64,000 nucleotides of DNA from NCBI GenBank assembly GCA_018335035.1, contig JAGXKT010000003.1, forward strand, positions 14,623 through 78,622. The letters run 5' to 3'. Position numbers and translations under genes: made by a program. This stretch comes from Phycisphaerae bacterium. GTDB taxonomy: Bacteria > Planctomycetota > Phycisphaerae > SM23-33. The notes beneath the pieces are model-generated. The model saw only the letters and a program-made list of their open reading frames with translations, ran no database searches and had not been told where the DNA came from. Every line of letters starts with the position of its first letter. The first letter of the stretch is position 1. Shown here in pieces: positions 39,432-48,442 of this stretch.

Positions 39432-40334
39432 ATGGCACGACAGACCGAAGGCACGCTCGTCCTCGACGGACTGATTGAGGGCTCCTGCGAGGACCTGGGC
39501 GACAAGGAAGCCCGGCTCAGGCAGTGGACCGCCTCGGCGCAGATGCGCGGCGTGACATTTCACCTCGAAACGGACGGCAACACGTTCAGCGTGCTGGCCG
39601 ATGCAACGCCGATCGGCACGGACGGCTTCTCCGAAGCGCCCGACCGCGCCATTGCCGACTTGATCGACGAGCTGTTGGCGATCTTCGCCGCCGACCAGCG
39701 CGGCGGAATCTTCTCCACCTTGCGCAGCCGCGAGTTCCGAAGCGGCGAGGAGATCCAGACGCTTTACGCCATCGGCCCCGACGGCGCTACGCACACCCAG
39801 CAGCGCGTCGTCGACGCCGACACCGCCCCAGCCGAGAAGCCCCTGACGCGCACGCAGAAGCTGCGGCGCATTGCGCTGGCGGCGGGCATCGCGGCGGTCG
39901 TGCTGGCGGTCCTGGCGCTGTTTCTGCCCGTCGGCGACTGGCTGCGCAGCGCGCGCGACCGCTTGATGCCGTACGACGTCGCTGCGCTGACGGTCGAGGC
40001 CGAGACGTTCGAACCCTACTTCGCCGTCGTCGAGCGCAAGACGGCCCGCGGCGGGCGCGACCTGGTCCTCGTTGTGGAGCGCGGCGAGCGCTTCCCCCCC
40101 TCCGACGCCGCGGCCGCGGAACTGCTCGCCCGCGAGGACGCCTCGCCACCGGAGCGCCTTGCGGCCGAGGCCATCTGCCGCGGGTACGTGCGTTGCGAGC
40201 GCTTCGACAAGGACGGAACGTTTATGGGCCACACCATGGAGCGAATCGCGGGGCTTCGGGACGAGGAGACGATCGAGATTCACCTGCCGATTGATCCTGA
40301 ACATCAGCTCGCCCGCGTCCGCATCACGTACTGA
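39432..40334 (+). CDS. Hypothetical protein with a central TM helix (300 aa), last gene of the ackA-CPBP operon
   Basis: ATG 5 nt after the upstream stop. Central hydrophobic segment 'IALAAGIAAVVLAVLALFLPV'. No family recognised. Confidence 0.45.
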   Translation: MARQTEGTLVLDGLIEGSCEDLGDKEARLRQWTASAQMRGVTFHLETDGNTFSVLADATPIGTDGFSEAPDRAIADLIDELLAIFAADQRGGIFSTLRSREFRSGEEIQTLYAIGPDGATHTQQRVVDADTAPAEKPLTRTQKLRRIALAAGIAAVVLAVLALFLPVGDWLRSARDRLMPYDVAALTVEAETFEPYFAVVERKTARGGRDLVLVVERGERFPPSDAAAAELLAREDASPPERLAAEAICRGYVRCERFDKDGTFMGHTMERIAGLRDEETIEIHLPIDPEHQLARVRITY

Positions 40335-40363
40335 GCGCCCCCTGCGCCGCTCACCGCGGCATG

Positions 40364-40789
40364 TCACCGCGACATGTCACCACGGTGCCGGCCGGGATAG
40401 CGCAGGTACGGCGCGATTCGCTTCACGGTGGCCGGACCGATACCATCCACCCGCTCCAGGTCGCGCGGCTCGCTGAAGGCCGGTCGCGCATGCGTCGCGC
40501 CCCATCGAGCGCGATAGGCGACGATCCGACCGGCCAGGCGCGGCCCGATGCCGTGCAGGCGGCGCAGGTTCCCCGCGGAGGCGGCGTTCGGGTCGATGCG
40601 TTCGGCGGCGGCCGCGACACGGGCGGCGGACGGCACGTCGCTCGCCGTCGGGGCTCCGGCGGACCACAACACAGCGACCGGCAGCGTCAACCCCGCCGCC
40701 ACAAGCACCAGCAGCGCCGTCGACGCCTGGCGTCCGATGTGCAGATCGTATCGCAGCCGGGGGCGGCCGGATCGCTTCGGCGGGGTCAT
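40364..40789 (-). CDS. comEA: ComEA-like helix-hairpin-helix DNA-binding protein
   Basis: N-terminal TM/signal segment, then tandem HhH motifs 'NAASAGNLRRLHGIGPRLAGRIVAYR' and 'LERVDGIGPATVKRIAPY'. Its start overlaps the upstream gene's stop (ATGA on the - strand). Confidence 0.7.
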   Translation of the reverse strand: MTPPKRSGRPRLRYDLHIGRQASTALLVLVAAGLTLPVAVLWSAGAPTASDVPSAARVAAAAERIDPNAASAGNLRRLHGIGPRLAGRIVAYRARWGATHARPAFSEPRDLERVDGIGPATVKRIAPYLRYPGRHRGDMSR

Positions 40790-42321
40790 GACTTCGGTGC
40801 CGGCGGCGTGCCGGCGGCGCTGGAAGCACTGGCCAGAAAAGCCCGGAAATTCCGCAGCTCCCGGTAGGCGAGCTTGCCGGCGAGGTCGTTACGGCAGAGC
40901 CCGCCGTGGGGAAGGCAATGGCCTTCATAATCCGCCAAGTCCCGCCAGCAGATGCTCTCAACGAACGGCTTGGAGATGCTGATGCGGTAAAACGCCTGGA
41001 GCCATTCGGCCTGGAGACGCTCGGACCAGGGCATGTGCCACGTACCGGCGCGATCGGCGGCGGCCTTGCCGCCCCAGGCGTCCCACGCGTCCGGCGCGGT
41101 CGCCGAGGGCACCTGGCAGGCCGTCACGTGCACCGGCTTGCCCAGCGAGACGAACTCGTCCAGCAAGGAACTGATCTGCAACAGGTCGCGAACGTAGTAC
41201 CCGTCGTCGGCGGCGCCCATCAGTACCTGAAGCCCGAACGCGTCGAAGTTGACGCCATACTGTACGGCGGTGTCCGCGTACAGCAGCGAAGGAATCGTGC
41301 GCTGATTGTGCGCGTAGTATTCGCTCCAGGGGACGACCAACTCGATGATGATCTTCGCCTGGGGGGCGAGCTTTCGGACCCACAGGCAACTCATGCGGGT
41401 CAGCTCGCGGATCTGCTCGAAGCTCATATCGAAGCCGTTGTAAGCATGGATGCCGCTGATGACCTTCCAGACGGCGACGTGACCGGCATAGCGCCGCACG
41501 GTCTGCTGGAGGTGCTCGTAGATCATGTCGCGGATCGTCTCGTAGTCGTGCTCCCAGATGTACAGCCACTCGGGGACATGCTCGGGAGCGAAACTCAAGA
41601 CGGGCCCGCCGTGAACCGGCTTTCCGGCGCGGGCGGCCCAGTTGATCCACGCGTCCACGCGCGCGTAATCGTACCGCCCTTCGTCGGGCTCGACATGCTT
41701 CCACGGCATCGGAACGCTGACGAAGTCAAACGCCTCGGACAACCGCTTGTGATGGCGGTGCGGCTCGGAGAACAGATCCACGGCGCAACCGAAGCTGGAT
41801 TGCGCCGCACTCGCCTGCGACATCCGCCGCCGCCGGACGAAGATGTCAGCGTGAAACAGGGAGGTCTTTTCGCCCAGCGTCACGGCGCGCGCCAGGGCTT
41901 TGTCGGCACGGCGAGCCGCCTCGGGCGGATCGTCGGACTTGAGGGCCTCGACGAACATGCGCCGGACCTCGTCGAACCGCCGGCCAAGCGCCTCGGCCTC
42001 CGCGTAGTCGAACAGACCCCAATCCTCGCGTTTGCGCGCGATCCGCAACAACTGGGCGCGAGCCAACTCGAGGTTCAGGTTATACGGGCGGCGACGGTCG
42101 GGCAGCCGGGTCGTCGGTAGCAGGTAGCGGCCGACGCCGGGCACGTCCCACAGCACGGCCAGGCCGATCGCACCGGCAACGCGTTTGACGCACGTGACCT
42201 GCCCCTTTTCGGCGACCAGATCGGCGCGCACAGGGATGCCGTCCTGTCCGAAGGCGTACGCCCCCGACAGGTCGATCTGGTCGCAGACCGCACCGTCGCG
42301 ATACGCGGTAAACCGTAGCAT
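40786..42321 (-). CDS. GH10-like TIM-barrel protein with an N-terminal extra domain; the canonical acid/base Glu is not conserved
   Basis: Segment 'PWKHVEPDEGRYDYARVDAWINWAARAGKPVHGGPVLSF..PEW...RYAGHVAVWKVISGIH...KIIIELVVPW' parallels the GH10 pattern W..vEP..G.y.f..aD..v.wA...g...rGH.LvW....P.W....y.G.i..WDVVNE...ITELD, but reads WKVISG where WDVVNE is expected. Confidence 0.45.
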   Translation of the reverse strand: MLRFTAYRDGAVCDQIDLSGAYAFGQDGIPVRADLVAEKGQVTCVKRVAGAIGLAVLWDVPGVGRYLLPTTRLPDRRRPYNLNLELARAQLLRIARKREDWGLFDYAEAEALGRRFDEVRRMFVEALKSDDPPEAARRADKALARAVTLGEKTSLFHADIFVRRRRMSQASAAQSSFGCAVDLFSEPHRHHKRLSEAFDFVSVPMPWKHVEPDEGRYDYARVDAWINWAARAGKPVHGGPVLSFAPEHVPEWLYIWEHDYETIRDMIYEHLQQTVRRYAGHVAVWKVISGIHAYNGFDMSFEQIRELTRMSCLWVRKLAPQAKIIIELVVPWSEYYAHNQRTIPSLLYADTAVQYGVNFDAFGLQVLMGAADDGYYVRDLLQISSLLDEFVSLGKPVHVTACQVPSATAPDAWDAWGGKAAADRAGTWHMPWSERLQAEWLQAFYRISISKPFVESICWRDLADYEGHCLPHGGLCRNDLAGKLAYRELRNFRAFLASASSAAGTPPAPKS

Positions 42322-42385
42322 GTCGCCCTATCAAGAAGAAAAACGATGACAGGTATTAGTCCGTATGGGGCGGGCAACGGCCTTC

Positions 42386-43669
42386 TCAACCAACAGCATA
42401 CTGCCTTTGGGTTTTCTTGGCTACCATATGCTTGGAAAGCCGCGCGTAAACGGGCAGGCCGTCGTCACCAATGTCGATGTCGGCCTGTCCGCGAATCAGC
42501 GGCAGCGCATAGTCGCGAAACGCCTGCGAGATGCCGGTGCCGGAGTCGTCGAGAAACGCGCGCGGCAACAACTTCACGCCGTTGGCAACCTCCTCCAGCG
42601 GCGCCAGGCCCGTCGTACAGCGATACGCGCCGCCGTCGTCGTGACGCTCCAGCGTGACCATCTTGCCGCTGACACCGTCCAGCGCGGCCCGGACGGCCGC
42701 GACGCCCGCCTCGTATGCTTCTGAGACGTCCGTCGCCGAGGCGAAGTGCATCGCGTTACGCTGGGCCGTACCGGCCCGGTTCGTGCGGCACTTGACGCCC
42801 ACGTCGTTCTCGATAATCGCGCGCACGGCCATCGCCGCCCCACCGAGCTGCCGATGCCCGAACGCGTCCGTGGCGAACTGCCCGCCGGCCTCGCCGAGGT
42901 ACTGCCCGTCCGCCGTCTTGACCCCCTCCCCACAAGCGACAAAACACCGCTTGTACTTGTCCAGGCACCGACGGACCTGCTCGATGAACCGGTCCTTCTC
43001 GAACGGAACCTCCGGCACGAGGATGATGTGCGGCGCATCCTCGTCGCTGCGCCGGGCCAGCCCGGCCGAAGCCGCGATCCACCCGGCGTTGCGCCCCATG
43101 ATCTCGTGAACGGTGGTCGTATCGTGCGTGTACAGCGCCTCGGTGTCGCGCCCGGCCTCCAGGACCGACGCGGCCGTGTACTTCGCCACCGAGCCGTACC
43201 CCGGACAGTGATCCGTCCCGGCCAGGTCGTTGTCGATGGTCTTGGGCACGCCCACGGCGATCATCTCGTAGTCTTCCTGCTCGGCGAGCTTGCCGAGCTT
43301 GGCGGCCGTGTCCATCGAGTCGTTGCCGCCGATGTAGAAGAAGTAGCGAATATCATGCGCGGCGAAAACCTCGAGAATCCGCTCGTAGTCGGCGCGGCTG
43401 GTCTGAAGGTCCTTGAGCTTATGGCGACAGGACCCTAGAGCGGCCGAAGGCGTGCGCTTGAGCCGCTCGAGCTCGGCCGGGTCCTCGGCGCCGATGTCGT
43501 ACAGTTCCTCGCGCAGGACGCCGAGAATGCCGTTGAGCCCGCCGTAGACGCCGGTGAACACGTCATCGTTGGCGAGACATGTCTGGATGACGCCGCAGGC
43601 GCTGGCGTTGATGACGGCCGTCGGCCCGCCGGACTGGGCTACGATGGCCTTGCCTTTGATTGTACTCAT
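42386..43669 (-). CDS. 6-phosphofructokinase, probably pyrophosphate-dependent (Pfp type)
   Basis: PFK fold with 'GGNDS' (Asp at the 4th position) and 'PKTIDNDL' (Lys). Both residues correlate with PPi rather than ATP dependence. 427 aa. Confidence 0.8.
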   Translation of the reverse strand: MSTIKGKAIVAQSGGPTAVINASACGVIQTCLANDDVFTGVYGGLNGILGVLREELYDIGAEDPAELERLKRTPSAALGSCRHKLKDLQTSRADYERILEVFAAHDIRYFFYIGGNDSMDTAAKLGKLAEQEDYEMIAVGVPKTIDNDLAGTDHCPGYGSVAKYTAASVLEAGRDTEALYTHDTTTVHEIMGRNAGWIAASAGLARRSDEDAPHIILVPEVPFEKDRFIEQVRRCLDKYKRCFVACGEGVKTADGQYLGEAGGQFATDAFGHRQLGGAAMAVRAIIENDVGVKCRTNRAGTAQRNAMHFASATDVSEAYEAGVAAVRAALDGVSGKMVTLERHDDGGAYRCTTGLAPLEEVANGVKLLPRAFLDDSGTGISQAFRDYALPLIRGQADIDIGDDGLPVYARLSKHMVAKKTQRQYAVG

Positions 43670-43909
43670 GAATCGCCCTCTTCAAGCGGTTTCCTTCAGC
43701 CCCGCGCTGGCCCGGGCTTCTCGACCGTCCGGCGACCGCCGCGGTGCGGCACGCGACACCGTGCCCATCGCAGAGCAGGGCATTATAGAGTGACCGGCGT
43801 TTCAGGACAACGTGCGACCGGAAGTTGCCGCATCGGGCGGACGTATCCTACGTTTCCCGTGAACGGGTTTAGCGGCGACGCGGCCAGACGCCCAGGAGCG
43901 AACAGGCCC

Positions 43910-44989
43910 ATGGAACATACCGAGCACACCCCGCACATCGTGGTCATGAGTCCGCACGGAGGGGATGGCGACGGTGCAGAGCACCTGACCGCGGCGCGGT
44001 GGCATGTCACAGGAGTCTCTGACGAGATCGAGGCCTTTTCGACGCTACGTAGCGGGCAGGCGGACCTGGTTCTGCTGCATCTTCCGGTGCAGGAGACGAT
44101 GGACATGGACCTGCCCGCGGTGCTGCGCAGTGTCGCCGACGACGCGTACCTGCCGGTGATGATACTCGCCGGTGACGCCGACGAAGACGAAACCTGCGCC
44201 TACCTCGACAGCGGCGCCGACGAGGTCGTCAGCGCCGACGCCGCCCCGGCCGAGCTGATCGCCCGCGCCCGTGCCCTGCTGCGGATCAAGGACCTGCACG
44301 ACCAGCTCGCCGCATCGCGCGCGTCGCTGGGCCAGGCGCTGCAACGCGAACGCAAGCTGATGACCCAGTTGCGTCGCGACAACGCCGAACTGCGGGACCT
44401 GGCGACGACGGACCCCCTGACGCGCGTGCAGAACGTGCGCTCGTTCCACGACCTGCTCGCCCACGAGTTCCACGTCGCCAAGCGTTACGGCAAGCCGCTC
44501 AGCGTGCTGATGCTCGACCTGGATCACTTCAAGGTTATCAACGACACCCACGGGCACCCCAGCGGTGACTACGTCCTCAAGGAACTCGCCGTGATCCTGC
44601 GCCAATCCGTCCGCGAGTCCGACGGCGTCGCGCGAACCGGCGGCGAGGAATTCGCCATGATCCTCCCGCGCGCCTCGCGCGACCAGGCCCGATGCTTCGC
44701 CGAACGCATCCGCCAGGAAGTCGACAGGCGTACCTTCAGCGTGCATGGGCACGACATCCACGTCACGGCCTCGGTGGGCACGGCGACATTTCCGGAAGAC
44801 GCGGAAATCACCGACCCGGAGATGCTCTTCTATTGCGCCGACCAGGCCTTGCTGGAGGCGAAAGAAAGTGGACGGGACCGCGTGACGGCCTTCGGCGACC
44901 TGGCGCCCGAGGTGCGTCGGCGCCTTCGCAGCGGGTACCTCGCCGTGGGTGGCCCGGCGGCGGCCGCCGCGTCCAAGGCGGCCTCCTGA
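43910..44989 (+). CDS. Diguanylate cyclase (GGDEF) with an N-terminal degenerate receiver-like domain
   Basis: GGDEF domain with I-site 'RESD' and active-site 'GGEEF'. The N-terminal ~125 aa have the REC alpha/beta pattern, but phospho-acceptor Asp reads His (DLVLLHLP), the acidic pair reads SP, and the T and K positions read A/G and S. Confidence 0.85.
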   Translation: MEHTEHTPHIVVMSPHGGDGDGAEHLTAARWHVTGVSDEIEAFSTLRSGQADLVLLHLPVQETMDMDLPAVLRSVADDAYLPVMILAGDADEDETCAYLDSGADEVVSADAAPAELIARARALLRIKDLHDQLAASRASLGQALQRERKLMTQLRRDNAELRDLATTDPLTRVQNVRSFHDLLAHEFHVAKRYGKPLSVLMLDLDHFKVINDTHGHPSGDYVLKELAVILRQSVRESDGVARTGGEEFAMILPRASRDQARCFAERIRQEVDRRTFSVHGHDIHVTASVGTATFPEDAEITDPEMLFYCADQALLEAKESGRDRVTAFGDLAPEVRRRLRSGYLAVGGPAAAAASKAAS

Positions 44990-44994
44990 GGGCA

Positions 44995-46542
44995 CTACCG
45001 CGGCACCCACTCCGGGGCCTCGGACGATTCGCAGCCGCGTGCGCCGATAGCCAGAAGATAGGGCACACCGGCCGACACCGCCCCGACGGCGTGAGCAGCC
45101 GCGTCGCCCAGCTCCATCGCCCGTGCCGTGAACGCCCCCTGGAGCACCTCCCCCGCCGCGCCCATGGCGACGGCCAGGGCGATGCCGATCAGCCCCCCCG
45201 CGACATGGCGCGTCCCCAGCATCCAGGCGAGCATCACCGCCGCCAGGAATCCCGCTATCGCGTGCTGGAAGGTGTCGCCAACGCCGAACATGGACGTGCC
45301 CCACGCCAACAGGCCCGTGCGTCGCGCGGCCCCCAGCAGCCCCAGCAGCACGAAGATGCCCATCACGACGGGCCAGCCGCTTCGCGCGGGGCTCGGCCGA
45401 CCCAGCATCGCCGGAAGCAACCCCCACGTCAGCGACACGGCGAGGGTCACCAACGGCAGGAAGCTCCCGGCCGGCGCCAGCGCGGCGCCGCTGGCCAGGA
45501 CCGTCGCAACCGTCCACGTCACCGCGCGCCCGACGTCACTGTCGGCGGTTTGAGCCCTGCGCCGGGCGGCCCACAACAGCCCGGCGAGCGCAACCAGGCC
45601 CCCGGCCAGCAAGCAACCCAGTCCGACCCGCCCGGTCATCCGCCCGAGCACCATCCGTCCGCTGTCGGCCGCGCCAACGGTCGCGAACGCCGCCTCCCCC
45701 ACGCCCAACCACGTCTCGGGCAGCCAACGCACCGCCAGCACGTCCGGGCGGACCCAAGCCCCCCCAACGGCAGCGGCAACCACCAGAAGCCCGCCGACCG
45801 CCAGAAGCAGCGCGCGATGCCGCGCAAAGAGGAGGCCCGTCATCACGAGTGCCGCCCCGGCGCAGCCGCCGGCCAGAAGCGCCTCGCCCGGCGCCGCGGC
45901 CGACAGCGCGACGGCGCCGACGACGGCCACACCGACACATCCGATGCGCCGGAACCGTCGCGGCATTGCGGGGTCCGCCGCGCGTGACGGCGGGCCCCAC
46001 AGCGCCGTCAGCCATACGGCGATGCCCGCCAGGCCCACCAACGACAGGGCGCCTCGCACGGGCGCCTCGGGCGCCCAAGCGGCCGCGGCGGCGGCACCGG
46101 CGGTCATCGCCAAGCCGCACACGCACAGCACGGCGGCATGCTCGGCCGCACGCGGCAACAATGACTGCGTCAACAGGATGCCGACGACCAGCAGTGCCAT
46201 GTGCCACAACACCGAGATGTTCAGCGCCCCGGCCAGTTCCTGCGACGCGTCCGCCGTCGGCGCCGCGATACCGAGGCCCGTGCGTGTCACGTGCCAGCAG
46301 AGCAGCAGCAACGGAACCGTCAGGGCGAGGCAAAAGGGATGCGCGGGCACCGTGCGATCGCCGGTGTGCGTCTGCCACAGCACCCAGAGGGCCCACAGGG
46401 CCAGCATGGCGGTCATCCACGCGCCCCAGGCGCGGTAACTCGGCCACCACCAGCACAGCATGCCGACGACGTACACGCCCGCCAGCAGCCAGCGCAGGAT
46501 CGCCTGCATCTGACGAGATGTTCGTCCCAGCCGAATCGCCAT
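44995..46542 (-). CDS. Polytopic membrane protein (about 12+ TM helices), possibly O-antigen-ligase-like with a VanZ-like C-terminal region
   Basis: Very hydrophobic, Trp-rich N-terminus (MLCWWWPSYRAWGAWMTAMLALWALWVLW). Many predicted TM helices. C-terminal 'GDTFQHAIAGFLAAVMLAW' region. Domain assignment is tentative. Confidence 0.55.
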   Translation of the reverse strand: MAIRLGRTSRQMQAILRWLLAGVYVVGMLCWWWPSYRAWGAWMTAMLALWALWVLWQTHTGDRTVPAHPFCLALTVPLLLLCWHVTRTGLGIAAPTADASQELAGALNISVLWHMALLVVGILLTQSLLPRAAEHAAVLCVCGLAMTAGAAAAAAWAPEAPVRGALSLVGLAGIAVWLTALWGPPSRAADPAMPRRFRRIGCVGVAVVGAVALSAAAPGEALLAGGCAGAALVMTGLLFARHRALLLAVGGLLVVAAAVGGAWVRPDVLAVRWLPETWLGVGEAAFATVGAADSGRMVLGRMTGRVGLGCLLAGGLVALAGLLWAARRRAQTADSDVGRAVTWTVATVLASGAALAPAGSFLPLVTLAVSLTWGLLPAMLGRPSPARSGWPVVMGIFVLLGLLGAARRTGLLAWGTSMFGVGDTFQHAIAGFLAAVMLAWMLGTRHVAGGLIGIALAVAMGAAGEVLQGAFTARAMELGDAAAHAVGAVSAGVPYLLAIGARGCESSEAPEWVPR

Positions 46543-46600
46543 GGCTCTCGCGCCCTTCGCTCGTCAATAGCATCGGCGTTTGGCACGCGACGGCTGAAGC

Positions 46601-48334
46601 TCAGGCGTCTTGCGGAAGCGGAACCTTGGGCACGCGCGCGACGATCTCGGTCCGCCCCCGGCGCGATTCGATGCGCAGTTGCCCGCCGAGCGATTCGGCG
46701 CGTTCGCTCATGGAGGTCAACCCCATCCCCGCCCGGACCTGCCCCGGATCGAACCCACAGCCGTCATCGATGATCTTCAGCGCGATGGCGTCCTCGTGGC
46801 AGATCAACTCGATGGAGATGTTCTCGCCGCCGCTGTGGCGCAGGGCGTTGTTGACGGCTTCCTGGGCGATTCGAAACAGGGCGATCTCCGTGGCGGCGTC
46901 GAGGCGCACGTCGACCATGCCGGCCGGGCTTCGAACGTGCGCGCCGACGCCGGCGTCGAGGCAGTAGCGCGTCAACTGCCGCAATGCCGCGACAAGCCCA
47001 AACGATTCCAACGCCGGCGGGTGCAGCCCGTAGCAGATGTGCCGCACCTCGCGGACCACGTCGCCGCACTGAGCGGCCAGGCCGAGAATCCGAGCCGACA
47101 ACTCGCCGGCGCTGAGGGCGGCGACACCCTCGGCAAGGTTCTCCGTCGCCAGTTGCAGCGCGACGATGCTCTGCCCGACGGAGTCGTGCAATTCGCTGGC
47201 CAGGCGCCGGCGTTCCTCGTCCCGCGCCGTGACCAGTCGCGCGTGCGCCGCCCGCAGACGGCGGCGGCTCTCGCGCAGGGCGCTCTCCGCGCGCTGACGC
47301 CCGGTCACGTCGCGTGCCACGCCCTGGACCCCGACGAGATCCCCGCCATGCCAGATGCCAGCAGTGGTCAACTCCAGCGTCGCGCGCCGCCCGTCCTTTC
47401 GGATGGTCTCGAACCGAAAGGGCTGCTCCAGCAGCTCGCCGCGCAGCCGCTTCGCCAACCGCTCGAAGATCGGCGTGACGTACTCCGGGGCCAACAGGCG
47501 CGACATGTTCATTCCGATGACTTCTTCCAGCGCGTAGCCGGTGATCTCCTCGGCCGCCTTGTTGGCGAACGTGTAAGTTCCCGTCGTGTCGATCTGGAAA
47601 ATGATGTCCGACGTGTTCTGGATGATGTGTTGCAGTCGCTCTCGCGACTGGCGCAGTTCCTCCTCCGCGGCCTTGCGCCGCGTGATGTCCTCCACCAGCC
47701 CGTCGACCCACTCGTTGCGCCCCCGGCTGTCGCGATGCAACCGCGCCGTCAGCGACACCCACATGCTCTTGCCGTCCCTGCGGCGTAACCGCACCTGTCG
47801 CCCCGTCACCACCCCATCGCGAAGCAAGTCCGACACGATCGTTTCACGCTCACTCGCGTCCACGTATGCCGCGCGCGCGTCGAGCTGCTTCACCTCGTCA
47901 GGCGAATCGTAGCCAAGCATGTGCGCCACCGCCGGGGTCGCCTGGAGAATCCGGCCGTCAAGCGTAGTCCTGAACAGCCCCACGTCGAGATTCTCCACCA
48001 GCGTGCGATACTGCTCGCTGTGGGCGCGGAGGGCCGCCGCCGCAAGTGGCCCGTCGCGGCTGTCCTCGCTGACGATATCCAGATAGCCCAACTGCCGCCA
48101 CTGCGCCAACGTCCGCCCATCGGCCTCGCGGGCCGCCTCGTTGACGAACACGAACCGGCCCGATTCGTCCAGGACATACACCGGGTCGGGCGCCGCGTTC
48201 AGCAGACGGCTGGCCGGGCACTCATCGTCTGCAAACAGATCCCGGCCACGTCGCGGCTCCGCCGAGCGTTCGCCGGGCGCAGACGCATCGTCCGAGCCGC
48301 CGGCTTCCCCGTTGCTTGGCTTCCGATCGCTCAT
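46601..48334 (-). CDS. Cytoplasmic multi-PAS sensor histidine kinase, NarL/LuxR-partner type (HisKA_3 + HATPase_c)
   Basis: Three PAS-like segments, H-box 'RRRLASELHDSVGQ' (HisKA_3), then 'NALRHSGG...IIDDGCGF...GMGLTSMSERAESLGG'. No TM and no adjacent LuxR-type regulator. Confidence 0.85.
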   Translation of the reverse strand: MSDRKPSNGEAGGSDDASAPGERSAEPRRGRDLFADDECPASRLLNAAPDPVYVLDESGRFVFVNEAAREADGRTLAQWRQLGYLDIVSEDSRDGPLAAAALRAHSEQYRTLVENLDVGLFRTTLDGRILQATPAVAHMLGYDSPDEVKQLDARAAYVDASERETIVSDLLRDGVVTGRQVRLRRRDGKSMWVSLTARLHRDSRGRNEWVDGLVEDITRRKAAEEELRQSRERLQHIIQNTSDIIFQIDTTGTYTFANKAAEEITGYALEEVIGMNMSRLLAPEYVTPIFERLAKRLRGELLEQPFRFETIRKDGRRATLELTTAGIWHGGDLVGVQGVARDVTGRQRAESALRESRRRLRAAHARLVTARDEERRRLASELHDSVGQSIVALQLATENLAEGVAALSAGELSARILGLAAQCGDVVREVRHICYGLHPPALESFGLVAALRQLTRYCLDAGVGAHVRSPAGMVDVRLDAATEIALFRIAQEAVNNALRHSGGENISIELICHEDAIALKIIDDGCGFDPGQVRAGMGLTSMSERAESLGGQLRIESRRGRTEIVARVPKVPLPQDA

Positions 48335-48442
48335 GGCTTCTGCCTGAGATTCGGGCCGAACCCCGCATCGGCCCCAAGGTTCATCCTACCGGCGGCGCCG
48401 GCGCCAAGGGCATCTCGGACGAGCACGGGCGGGCCGAATACG

